A DNA stretch of 64,000 bases, taken from Bispira polyomma. Lineage: Eukaryota. Shown here piece by piece: positions 25,463 through 37,858 of this stretch. The notes under the pieces are model-generated. The model was not told the origin of the DNA, ran no database searches, and was given only the letters and a program-made list of their open reading frames with translations. Location: the NCBI GenBank assembly GCA_965649765.1, contig OZ287755.1, positions 40,486,001 through 40,550,000 of the forward strand, given 5' to 3'. The position numbers and the translations under genes were made by a program. The first letter of the stretch is position 1; every line of letters begins with the position of its first letter.

Positions 25463-26399
25463 AGTTATAGATATGTATGAACTGCGTTACCCATATTTCT
25501 CCTTAAACAAACCTAGTGTTTTCAATAACACACACAGTACTTTGAACATACACCCCTTACTGGCTTTAAGCAAAAATATGATTGTGTCTGTCCTAAGCGT
25601 GGCCTATAAGGGGATGCTAGTTTAGTTTCAAAGCATCAGCTATCAACGACCTTGAATTATGTTCATTATCACACCTTCTTGTCATTCAGTCTGCCTATCC
25701 ACGTTGTCCAATCACACTGCCTCTCCTCTTTACTTTGATACTTACATCCAATACCGTATGCATCCATCATTGCTATATGCGTATAGGGAGTGCATTATTG
25801 GCATAAAAATGTTTTTCCTATGTTTTTGACAAAAATGATTGGTGTTCAGTGGCATAATATTGTAAAGTATACAGCATACATGCCACTTTAAAAAACTGTA
25901 GTGAATAATGAACTGAACTATGTAAAACATAACTTCCGGACTTTTTTTTTTTTTTGGTTAAAGTAGCAATCACAGACAATCATACACATACTGGCATACA
26001 ATATGAACAAAATGTACAAAAATTACTATTATCTCAATATGTTTTAATCCAATCTAACCCAAAATTATATTCAACAGGTAGCAATGTTTTACATTTTTCA
26101 GTTACAAGAGTTGATGCTAATTCCAAATGACAATTGGAACAGTGAAAAAGGGGTGTCAAAAATTGTGGCCAATAGTTCCCTTAAACATTAAAAAAGTCAA
26201 CTAAAGAAGCAAATGACATGTATGGTGCTTTGAATAAAGTCCCCGAAAAAACTTAATTTAACACTAAAATGAAATACTGATCTTTATTGTCTCTTAATGA
26301 GGAGAATTGCAATCATATTTTTATGCTTGCTTTCATAATGTCAGTGATAATACTTAGTTGTACTTCTGAAGCAAAAGTATTAAGAACAATCTCTTGTGT

Positions 26400-26700
26400 T
26401 CAGTTGATCATTCCCAAAATAAGAATGTACCTGTTGACCTAGAGAAGGTCAAAGAGAGTGCAGTTAACCCAGATTTCGTTAAAAACACTAAACCAGCTAT
26501 GTGGCCAGAGATGACATTACACTGGGTGATTTAGTCTACATCTCAGACATTACACTGGGTGATTTAGTCTACATTTCAGAGATGGTACAACTCTAAAGAA
26601 GGAAGACCAAGGATTGTCCCTTGGATGGACCGAGTGCAGTCTAAAAGAGGAAAGATTTTTGATCAAGCACACAAACCAATTATATAACTGACCAACAAGA
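26400..26700 (+). pseudogene. GST-theta last-exon remnant
   Basis: NVPVDLEKVKE...GDDITLGDLVYISE...EGRPRIVPWMDRVQSKRGKIFDQAHKPI parallels the last exon of the intact GST; frameshifts and an internal ~33-bp duplication. Confidence 0.7.
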
Positions 26701-27551
26701 TCATTTGTGCAAGTATATTGTAATGCAATAGTTCCTAATCAAAATGTTTCTCAAATCAATTTCTAATGTACACCATTGACTCATGCTTTTGCTAGACAAT
26801 TACTTCTGTGACGTATTAATGCTTTCTGATTTGTATTACAATTGTTACAATTTAATATTAGACGTTCCTAATGAATTTTAGATGTGGTAAAATCCCCACA
26901 CAGGAAAAGCAGGCTTTAGGCATGAATATTTTACGAAGCAATTGTAATCAAATAAAAATGTTTTTGGAAATATTCATTGAAGGGATATGAACTGAGATAT
27001 ATAAATATATAGATGCTCAATTAGCCTCTTTTATAAAGACTTATTTAAATGTAGGGGGTGCCTTGGCCCTACATTCACATTTGCAAGTGAGTCATTAAAC
27101 AGACGTAACATGGTACTGAAGTTATCCAATCCCAATCTGTTATCATTGATGTATCCAACACTCTCTGGTCTCCCAACAAGCAATCGGTTCAAAACTTTAG
27201 AAATTCTTTGGCACATAATGTACAGTTAAACTGGAAAAGATGGCCACCTTCAACATTCAGTAATATGCATAGGAAGCGGATTAATTGACAATTCTATTAC
27301 ACATCAAATATTTTTCCTTTTTTTTGGTTTACAAACAGGTACATGTTTTGAACAGTTTCATTTTTACTTGTTTATCTTGGAAGACTGCATACATACAATC
27401 CATTGTCTCATTGTACAATGATCAGAACTCAGAAGTGGTTAGTTGTAATGCAAACATTACAACATGAGTGTGTGGTCGTCGTGCTATTGTCAATTGATGG
27501 ATGCTATGTATAACATAGGTGTCTATTTCCACTGTCTAATGTGATGATATT

Positions 27552-28532
27552 TTAGTTGTATTTAATCTCTACTCTATCTCTCTGAACCTTCTTTTGCAAT
27601 GATTTTCTATAATAGCAACAGCAGCAGAATGTCTGTCTCCAAACCTTTTGAATTTCTGTCAACCGTAAAGCATAAATCAATGGGTCACAAATGCTGTTCA
27701 GGTACACAATACATGGTATTATCCTTTTCAACCAAAAAACCTGATTCTCATATTCAATGCTAGAGGCTGGCCTGTACAGTTGAAAGTATATCTCAACAAC
27801 TACAGGTGGACACCAGCACAGCATAAAAGAAACCAGGTTAAATATTGTTGTAAACAGTGCTCTGTTGTTGCTCCTGGACTGCTGGTTTTGTGAGTGGTCA
27901 AGTCTTTGTTGTTTACGCACCTCACAGTAAATAAAAGAATAGGTTGTGATCATTAGCAAACAGCAAATTATAACAAATGGGACACGAAATGTGTCTTTCA
28001 TATCAATGTTAATCTGGTATTCTGTTGCATTGCCCTGGTATCCATTGTAAAACATCCACTCATCTTTTACAATAACTGATGAATTTGGTATACTACGACC
28101 TATATACACTAATACAACAGGAATTGTCCATATAATGAACAGTCTGCAAAAAATACATCGACAGCGGGTCCAATTGTCATAATATAATGGTTTCATAATA
28201 GCCATGTAGTGTTCTGCAGCCAAAAGAATTAGATTGCATAGAATGACATACAAAATATATTCATAGCTCAAATTGTAAAGTCGATATCGATTCACCAATC
28301 TTTCTGGCAACATATTTTCCATTATATTTAAGTAATAAACCAACACAAAAGACAATGGTAGCAAAACATCTGCTAATGTAAGGCTTTTTACTAGTGCAAA
28401 GTAAGATCTTCGAGGGCTTTTCATTTTATATAGAACAATCAATAACAGTATATTGAGAATTATACCTGTAATAATGACCACCACAAACAGTATCACAAGG
28501 ATAAAGATCAATATTTCCATTACAAGTGCCAT
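27552..28532 (-). CDS. Rhodopsin-class (class A) orphan GPCR, paralogue 1, 326 aa
   Basis: Seven hydrophobic segments; TM1 N, TM2 LTLAD, TM3 EHY(MAIMKPLYY), TM4 W, TM6 CWCP, TM7 NSICDPLIY, C-terminal Cys cluster. Confidence 0.9.
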   Translation of the reverse strand: MALVMEILIFILVILFVVVIITGIILNILLLIVLYKMKSPRRSYFALVKSLTLADVLLPLSFVLVYYLNIMENMLPERLVNRYRLYNLSYEYILYVILCNLILLAAEHYMAIMKPLYYDNWTRCRCIFCRLFIIWTIPVVLVYIGRSIPNSSVIVKDEWMFYNGYQGNATEYQINIDMKDTFRVPFVIICCLLMITTYSFIYCEVRKQQRLDHSQNQQSRSNNRALFTTIFNLVSFMLCWCPPVVVEIYFQLYRPASSIEYENQVFWLKRIIPCIVYLNSICDPLIYALRLTEIQKVWRQTFCCCCYYRKSLQKKVQRDRVEIKYN

Positions 28533-30736
28533 CTTTCGTATATGTGTCTAGTTGATCCTGTTGATTTTTATGCTTTTGTATTTTGTTAAAATGTCACTAT
28601 AACAGTATTGCAGGAACATACAATATAGCGTGGAAAGTATGAATTTTCCTCTGTTGGTTGATTTATCACTAAACATTCACTGCATATAATTGTCAAATGT
28701 GTTATCATTGAAAATAACACAAAAATTACCATACCTGGGCTCTTACTTTCATAACTTGATGCATTTGTTGTTCATCAGTGGTTGCATGGTTGTAGTAAAG
28801 AGACTCAGATGCAGCTCTGCAGCCAAATTTACTTAGATTAACTCTGATCGTAGCTTTTCATTTCGTATGTAATTAAGCAATATTTAAAAAACCTGTTTGT
28901 TATTTTTTTAATATATCTTTTGCAATGCTGGCTTGTAAAAAGCGTTCGATAAATGCTTTAATTATGTGGATGATAAATTTATACTATCATTCAAATAGAA
29001 TTCATGTGTGTATTTATCAATTATTGTCAAACCAATGGATTGTACTCCAGGCAAACTATACTGAATAATTCTGCTTAGTTGACTATGTATGTTTACACCC
29101 TACAATAACATTTAAAGCCTATATAAAACCTGATTCAAGTAATAGTTTTAGCACAAAATACATGTTTCGCGAAAATTGTTTCAGACATACAACATACACT
29201 ATTTAGGACTAACACTGATGCAGTTGAATGTAATCAGTCATATTATGAGGAAAATTCTGATAAATGTTTAAATTTTTTCCAAAATGTGATGTGATAATTG
29301 ATGTGATGAAAGCAATTATTTCCTTAGTAATTTAAAATATAATACCATTCAAAACTTAAATTATACAGGTTGATGACTTCATTTAATCATTTTCCAACAA
29401 AAGCCCACCACAATCAATTAATATGATATATTAAAAATTACATATTTTCATTACTAGAAAATATGCTACACATTATTTTGGAGGGAAGCCTAGAATCAGT
29501 AATTCTACTGTCACAAGACAAGTTACCTAGGATGCATCAATCAATCAGGACACTGACTCCAATTATCAATAAAAATAATAAGCAAGTGTACAGAAATTAC
29601 AGACCCACAAGGTCTATAATCTTATTAGCATGCTATTGCATATCAATACCCCATAATGAGGATTTTTTAACTTTCTCTAACCAGATGATTATAAGATATA
29701 GTGCTAGTAAGATATTTAAAATCAAGATAATAATTTAAATATCAAATAAGGCCTCATATGGTGGCACTCAAAAAAATGAAGGATTGAAAAACTCTCAAAT
29801 TATTTGGAAGTTTAGTAAGAAAAGACAATTATGTAGTTCAATTTCACATGTATTTCTTGTCCACCATTATACATCAGGACATATTTTGAGATTAATTTAA
29901 TTGAGTGTTCCACTGTCTTGGAATTGAGTGGTCTAGATCAAGATAGATCACTAGACTTTAATCATGTTTTATCTTTTTCTAAGAAAATATGTGCAATCTA
30001 ATATACAGGTCCTTGATTAAAACACAGTCATTTACATTAATAGTGCAAACTTTTACTAGGGATTAATTACCTTAGTAAAAAAGATCATATCTTCACCCAT
30101 GTCTTTCACCCATTTATTATTATTTATAAAGCATTATACAAGATACTACGGAACTGGTGTATATGGAATTTGATGGAGGAATTCATCAAATTTTTCTTGA
30201 CTTAGTGTCATTTTGTTGTTACCTGGTGTGTGTTTTTTTGTGTGAATAAGCTGAAATATCAAATTTATTTATGCTAAGTAAAAATGTTATAGTAATTATA
30301 AATTTTAGAATTTCATGAGATATTTTATGCCAGTTAAATCAATCTCAGACCTTTAAAGCATCTTAACAACAACCCCAATTATCCCTCCAAAAATAATCAG
30401 TACAAAACAGAACTGCAAGATTATACCACAAATTAATCACTGTTAAACCTTTTGTTTATTTCCATACCAAAATAAATCATGTTGATACTGATATATTAAT
30501 AAAACAAAATTGCAACAGGTCAAAGCAGTAACTGCTAATATATCCTTAATATTTTACTAAGAGAGAATAAAGAGAAAGATTGATTTATTATAGTGGCATG
30601 TAAAAAATTAACAATTGTTATTTATCACTTCATTTCTTTTACACATATTTATTTTAGTTCTAATTATTGCCTGACAAATTATGAGGGAACAGCAATATAT
30701 AGGTTAAATCAACTGATAATAAATGACAGGAAATTG

Positions 30737-33700
30737 CATAGCAAGTCCACCCCAGGGGACTGCTAGTTCAGTCCAACCTCCTTTTTCTATCACACTACCT
30801 TAATCCCTAGCGAATGCAATAGCATTATCCAACTTTCTGTCCATCTGGGCCTTGTCCAATCACAGCATTAGCTATTAGTGACCCCTAAGCTAGGATAGCT
30901 ATCCTCCATATTGAATTTGTGTTTTCACCTGTGAACAGGACATTTAGAAAAACTGAAATTTTAACCACGTATTTACACTGAATTGGTTTTATTTATATTT
31001 TACTTCTTTTTATTAACTGACGTGGTACTGGAACTAGTGATTGTTGTGTGAAATGGGGAAAACAAAAGCAACTCCTGTGTTAAGCAGCAAGAAACGGACC
31101 ACAAAGACAACTTCAACTAGTACAGCCAAGAAAAGGGGTACTGGTCAGGTAACTACTACTAATACTCACGATCAATCAGAAATACATAGAACAGTCATTG
31201 CCGACACTGCGTGTCCTCTTATTGATTCTCAGTTACTGAACAGTTCAAATGGATCATCTAGCCAAGCCGGGCTCTCATCTCAGGCCGTACCCCAGTCACA
31301 AGTCGAGTCACAAAGCATGTCCGAGGTTCTTTCCATTCTGCGTGGTCTGGAGACCTCCAACGCTAACATAACCCGGCGATTGCAACTTGTAGAGGACAAA
31401 CAGACAGTTACACCCGCTAATTCTCCATTACACACCATGAGGGATGGTACGGTGGTCCAACAGAGACACGAGGGTTATTCGTTACCTCTTCCCCCTCCCA
31501 GGTACAACGGGGTCGCGCAGCCGCTGGCTCAACCTATGATGCAACCACCAACAGGTCAGGGTTACAACACAGATGGCATTGTCCCCAGTCTCGATGCATT
31601 AAGATCTTTTCCAAACGTGCAGGCGGCCGTTACCAGGCAGCTGGCTGACTACGAAGCCTTGGCCCAGAGGGGTCTAGTCCAGGGTAAGCACTCAATCAGG
31701 TAGAAGTCTGGTCGTTATAACTCCACAGATATTACTTTAGCTGATCCCCAACTCAGATGGTCTAACGAAGGTTGGGGTGGGGGATCGACTCGTCGAAGGC
31801 CAGTCTTTGACGACCTCACGTTGCCGCAGTGGGCGGCTGGCCAGCTGGCCAACTCGCTACAAGTAAGTGATCCGGCAACAATGAAAGCTATGGTGAACCA
31901 AGTGGTACACGCACTACGGGATGCAGCCACACTTCCGTGGCCTGCTGTCAGGACAGCCTGGGCTGTCAGTATACATGAGATCGAGGAAGGCAGGCTGTCC
32001 TGGCAGGACAACACTCAGTGGGCACTGAATCGCATCAGTGCCTCCCAGATGGCTATGGTAGGCAACAATGGCAGTAACTTGGCTAACGGGGCTTCTTCAG
32101 ATAGTAAATCCATCTGTAAGCTGTTTAATAATGGCAAGTGTACTCACAAGGCGGATCATGGCAATTATCGTCATGTATGTTGGTATTGTAATAAGACATT
32201 AGGAAAGGACGCGTCGCACCCAGAGTTCAAATGCTTTAAAGCGAATGTAAGTAAACAGCCAGACAAACAACAAGGTAACATCTAGGGCCACGATTCACAA
32301 CCAGTTGGACGAACATTAGGTAGTGATAAGGGTAATTCAATGATGAACGGTAACAGTAAATTTGTAAAAGAGTTTAATATAAAGGACAAAAACAGTGAAT
32401 TAGGTTATTGCGACAGAGGCATGTCTGAAATTAATACAATTGTGCAAAGTTCCAATAGTAATGATTATCAGCAGATGATAATGTCAGATAGTACAAGGTT
32501 TGTCAATAATGTATTCAACACTGATATAAAGGTGAACTTTGTTGATAATGATGTCTTTAATAATTTTGCAGTTTCAGTAGATGCTGGCGACAACTACCAG
32601 TATGAAACCAAGAATGTAAATGAATGTATTCAATTTCAGAGCAGGACCCAGTCGGGTCACCATAGATGGGACAGGAGCACTGAGGCCTGCATTTCAAATG
32701 GGAGCAGTCACTATGCTAATTCACCAGCTTGGAACAAAGAGGCACATACGTGTCAGGTATCAGTTATCAATTGGAAAACTTTTTGTGGGGAAATTCAAAA
32801 TTTGGCTCCAATTGTTTACATTAGGGATAGGGATGGAAAATTCTCAGGTTATTTCCACATGTTTTATGACGTGACTGCTGCCAAGTGTGTATATGCTCGT
32901 GTTGAATTTCCACCTAGCCAAAACCTTTGTATTATTCAAACCTTTCAAACCATAATCCAGGTTCAGGCTGTTTCTTTAAATACTACCAGTAATACTAATG
33001 TGGAAACTCATAACCAGGCTGTGATCAAGCAAGCTGCTGATACATTTTATTATTTCGAAAGAGATAATGCCTGTTTGAAGCAGTTGGGTTTTGATTATAC
33101 TGAATACATGACCAGGTTAGTAGATGCACTTATTAGTGACAGTGAAGACGAAACACCTGACAATTGCCATAAGTCAGACAATTGTGCAGACTTGTGAAAT
33201 GTAAGTACACAAAAACCAAGTGAGACTGTAAACAGTCTGATTTGTGATCAAATATACATGAACTCGTCAAGCAATGAATTCACTCAAATGGTTGATAGTG
33301 TTCGAGCAAACAAGGATTTGTACAAAGAAATTAAGGACTTTAATGACCCCGAGAAAACCATGGGTTTCTTGGCACTTTCCTCAACAGCATTCACATTCAT
33401 AGGTCCTGACAAACCTGTTAAGAGAATTAAAACAGTAGAAGACATGCTGCAAGTGGCTTCTGTTAGCAGAGACACTGCACTTCCCAATTATAGACAAGCA
33501 AGGGTTCCCCTGGTGTCAGGACTTAATCCAGATGCATGGGATGAAGTTTTCCAAGATTATCCTGACCCATGGCCTGTGGAGGTCTTCAGCTGTATGGACC
33601 TACCTACAGAAGACCTCCCAAGCTGCTTCAGTGGTGCCTCTCACCTTTGCTGGGGCTATCCCTCCTTCTTAGTTGGGCTTGGGGCTTAAAATTCCATCCT

Positions 33701-34899
33701 GAAATTTTAACTGACTTTGATTGTCAACCTGTACATAAGCTAACATGTAAATAAAAACCTCAAATGCAATCTTTTACTGTCTTATAATAAACTTACTTAT
33801 TAACTTATAACTTTTCACACCACCATTGGACTGTGCATAGCAAGTCCACCCCAGGGGACTGCTAGTTCAGTCCAACCTCCTTTTTCTATCACACTACCTT
33901 AATCCCTAGCGAATGCAATAGCATTATCCAACTTTCTGTCCATCTGGGCCTTGTCCAATCACAGCATTAGCTATTAGTGACCCCTAAGCTAGGATAGGTC
34001 CTTCCTTCTTACTCCCTCCTCTGAGTTCACCACTGGGGTTCCACAGTGGAATAAGGGGCTCTGAGAGGTTGGACTTCACCCTGCTAGGCGGTTGGTGTCC
34101 AAGGCCCGGGGTCCTGCTGTTACTACGTTGCATGTTCTCTCTTGCATGGACTTATTTTCAATTTATAAGCATAGTTGAACATTGACTCATATGGGGTTAT
34201 AACATATGCGACATTAGAGTGGTCAGCTTCATATGACTCAAGTTAACGATCCAAGGGACGCTTACTGAGCTAGTTAATACCACTTGTTGAATAAGTAACA
34301 CAACGTACCAATTTAGACACAATGACGATAACTTGGGTACACGTGTGGTCCCCACAAGGGCACCTTTTTGTACACGATCACTTAGCGTCAATTAGTATCC
34401 ATGTATCACAAATACATGTCAGAATTTACAGTAAACAGGGAAGTTTATCCCCTGAAATTGTTCTTAGTATCTTAGTCACCAAAAGTAACTTTGTTGTATA
34501 TTACAGTACATTATTCACACAATGAACTAGTTGAAGGTGATGTTAATGATAGTCATGTTTATAGTAATCAATGTATTTAAATGTATTTTCCTCTTTTGAG
34601 GTTATTTTATTGGTTCTAATCCAAAGTCTGGTGTGACTGAGGGGTTTACACTATTCTTTATATTTGTGATTGTCTCTTAGCTTATTATTAGCTTTGTTAT
34701 GGGTTTTTATTTTTGACCCGGCTGTATTTTATGGTAGCCTTGATGGGGCTTAAAATTCCATCCTGAAATTTTAACTGACTTTGATTGTCAACCTGTACAT
34801 AAGCTAACATGTAAATAAAAACCTCAAATGCAATCTTTTACTGTCTTATAATAAACTTACTTATTAACTTATAACTTTTCACACCACCATTGGACTGTG
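30737..34899 (+). mobile_element. Internally deleted Ngaro-type YR retrotransposon (E2) with split direct repeats A1-ORFs-B1A2-spacer-B2
   Basis: A1 30737-30898 = A2 33836-33997 (162 bp); B1 33680-33835 = B2 34744-34899 (156 bp). Gag 31053-32285 with TAG at 31701; ORF2 N-part 32340-33566 joined directly to the YR C-terminus (HGLWRSSAVWTYLQK). Confidence 0.95.
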
Positions 34900-36875
34900 T
34901 ATACATTTGTCAAATTAGCAAAGGTTAAAATGATTGCTAATTTGATAGAATGTAATTTAAATATAATATGTTATGCTGCATCACTCGATATGAATACTCT
35001 ATCTTTAGGTTTTCTACACATCAAAAGTTGTTTTACTCGTAACTTCAATAATGAATTATTTTTGCATCGCACATACAAAACATCATTTAAAAGCTTTTTT
35101 GGAACTCTAGAAAATCACTTAGTACATTATAGACATCCACCAAGGTACCATGGTGCCAACAAGTAAAAACGTTCTGAACCAGCCTTTCTACCTGGACATG
35201 CTTTATTTTATATTATTTATCTGTTGCCTTTGCCCCTTGTCCCATTTCTCTACCAAACTGTGTAATAATCAGTACCCAATTGTTTGTGCAATCTGGGTGA
35301 CAAATAAACAAAACAACGTGCATTGACAGAAATATAACTTTTTGGGTGCAGGTTATAAAAGAAAACAACTAAAATAAGATGTGCTAACACAATACGGGAT
35401 ATGTTGTGAATTATATAACTCTATTAAGTTGCTGTAACATATACTTAGTAAGAAATATTGTCAGGGAAATTGTAAACTTCAATTATATGTATTTTACAGG
35501 TACATCTACAGTCCAAGGTGAGGTGGCATATAATAATTCTCAGAGCATTTTAACAGTTTATATCTTAGATCATAATCATAGCACAGTTCTCCTGTTGGCA
35601 AAATGAGGTAAAGATATAGAGTTTAAGAAGCAGACTATGTGACCTTGTAGTAATTACAGGTGAAGTCAATTAAATTAATAGATAGTAGTTTGAGGTTTAT
35701 TTTATATACACATTAGTAAGGTATATACAGGGTAGGTTAAAAATGTTCAAGTTTTTTTAAAATTTAAAGAGAGAATTTTAAAATATCCCACTATGAGTAA
35801 TACTCATCAATAAAAACAAATCACAATAAGACAATTTAAACAGTGTATAGCAAATACCATAACTGAAGTATGTCATTAAACACAGACACATACTAAGTCT
35901 CCTTCACTCTACTAACAGCACCCTTCATATACGTAAACCATAAAGTCTATACTGTCCTAATGAGCCGTCACTCTCTACAACTCATAGTCCAGTGATTACA
36001 TGCTATGCAATACCTATTTCACGTTAGTTTCTATACATTAAGATCATAATTTGTGCCTCTTATGTGTACATATATGTTCAATATGTAACTCTTAATACAT
36101 AAAATCTAAATAAATGTCTTTATATAGTCTAATCACATAATCTAATTTCCTACGCTCAAATCTGATTATCCCTAATGGGGACGCTCTCCACCTACAGCAA
36201 GTACACTGCAATGCCATTAGAACCCAAGACCTTGGACAACACCGCCTGGCAGAGGTAAGTCCAGCCTCTCAGAGCTCTTATTCCACCCTGGCTCCCTAAA
36301 CGTGATGCTCAGGGGAGAGGTTAAGTAGACTGGACCCGGCCTCCACTCGGTCTTGGGCCCGATTGTAGGAAGAGTAACAAATAATACATATCATATTTTG
36401 TATATATCAAAATTTACTTAAAATAGCTGTGGTAAGGGGAGGAGGCGGGAAAATATTTCTAATGTTGTCTCTTGTAAAACGAAATTCAATATGGTAGGGT
36501 AAGCATGTGAGAGGAAAAATTTGGGGTTCAAATGTCTCCCATTGGTCAATCGAAAGAGAGGCCATTGAACAGTATTCAAATGGACCCCTAGGGGTTAAGG
36601 TAAAGGTATATATTTGCTAAGGGAACTGAATAAGCATACCCCTTTAGGGTCGTGCTGTGTACAGTTCTCCTGTTGGCAAAATGAGGTAAAGATATAGAGT
36701 TTAAGAAGCAGACTATGTGACCTTGTAGTAATTACAGGTGAAGTCAATTAAATTAATAGATAGTAGTTTGAGGTTTATTTTATATACACATTAGTAAGGT
36801 ATATACAGGGTAGGTTAAAAATTTTCAAGTTTTTTTAAAATTTAAAGAGAGAATTTTAAAATATCCCAAGCCAAA

Positions 36876-37841
36876 CTAAAGGGAAGAAGGGATAGAAGAA
36901 GCAAAGGCAAGGGGAATAGTTGCAGCAGCCTGAGGAGTTTTCTGAAGATAAACCCAGACTGCTGAAGATCTCCATAACCCGTGAGACATAATGTTTTGGA
37001 GAGAAACGTTATTGTTAAAAGCATAGGTAGCTCCTGACCTTCTAAATGTGTGAAAACTATGACCTCTGTGTGGTATACCTATATGTTGTAAGACCAAGGT
37101 TAAAGAATGTCTGATATGAGTCTCCACAATGGGAACATGAGGACAACTAGCAGTAACAAAAAGTGGACACTCTAAAGGCAAAGGCCTTGAATCTAACAAT
37201 TTATGAAGTGCCCTGACTGGGCACAAATGTATATTCTGCAGTTGGGGTAATTGAATTACATGATGTTCTGATCTATTTTGTAAGTTCTTAGCCCATTTAA
37301 GTATTAAATGAGCTCCAGGATGGCCAAACACAACATCCTTTCTAAGGAAATGACGCGTTCGGTCAAATTTATTTCTGGAATGCGGAGCAATGTTTGAGAT
37401 TCTAAGGAATCCAAAGTATGCCACCAGAAATATTGCCCTATATAATGGGGGATCCCCCAGAATGTCACATGCTTTAGATATCTGTTGTAAATGTGTAATA
37501 TCAAAAATACCCCTAGGTTGAGGTCTAAAAGTAGAAGAATGTGACAAACTCCTAATAAACATGGCAACTGAAGGATTTTCGAAAATATTTTGGTTCCAAT
37601 ATAGTTTGTTAGCTGTGAACTTTAGAGCTGATAAATGGTTGGTTAAAACATTAGGGGAAGAGCCGTTTTGCACCAGGTACTCCAAAAATGCTATAACAGA
37701 ATTAGTTGAAATGTCCTGTATGCCAACAAATATAAGAAAAGCAACGAAAGTTCTAAACTGTTGGTTGTATGTAGCAGTAGTCTTTGGACGTAATGCTGAA
37801 GAGACCCGTTTCCATGCAGAATTCATAAGGTGTTGAGTCAC
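36876..37841 (-). CDS. Tyrosine recombinase of E3
   Basis: Catalytic residues FLRISN (R), HTFRR (HxxR), HGLW and VWVY (Y). ORF opens at GTG; probably reached by splicing (see findings). Confidence 0.93.
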   Translation of the reverse strand: MTQHLMNSAWKRVSSALRPKTTATYNQQFRTFVAFLIFVGIQDISTNSVIAFLEYLVQNGSSPNVLTNHLSALKFTANKLYWNQNIFENPSVAMFIRSLSHSSTFRPQPRGIFDITHLQQISKACDILGDPPLYRAIFLVAYFGFLRISNIAPHSRNKFDRTRHFLRKDVVFGHPGAHLILKWAKNLQNRSEHHVIQLPQLQNIHLCPVRALHKLLDSRPLPLECPLFVTASCPHVPIVETHIRHSLTLVLQHIGIPHRGHSFHTFRRSGATYAFNNNVSLQNIMSHGLWRSSAVWVYLQKTPQAAATIPLAFASSIPSSL

Positions 37842-37858
37842 GGTGTTGGTTCCTACAA

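Noticed and set aside
34040-34110. Hammerhead ribozyme in the YR spacer (CUGAGAG)
   Set aside because: The core is not CUGAnGA and no GAAA follows the stem; kept only as an unknown structured element.
36335-36365. HDV-like ribozyme at GGCC-TCCACTC-GGTC
   Set aside because: No P1/P1.1 GG or J4/2 in the required positions.
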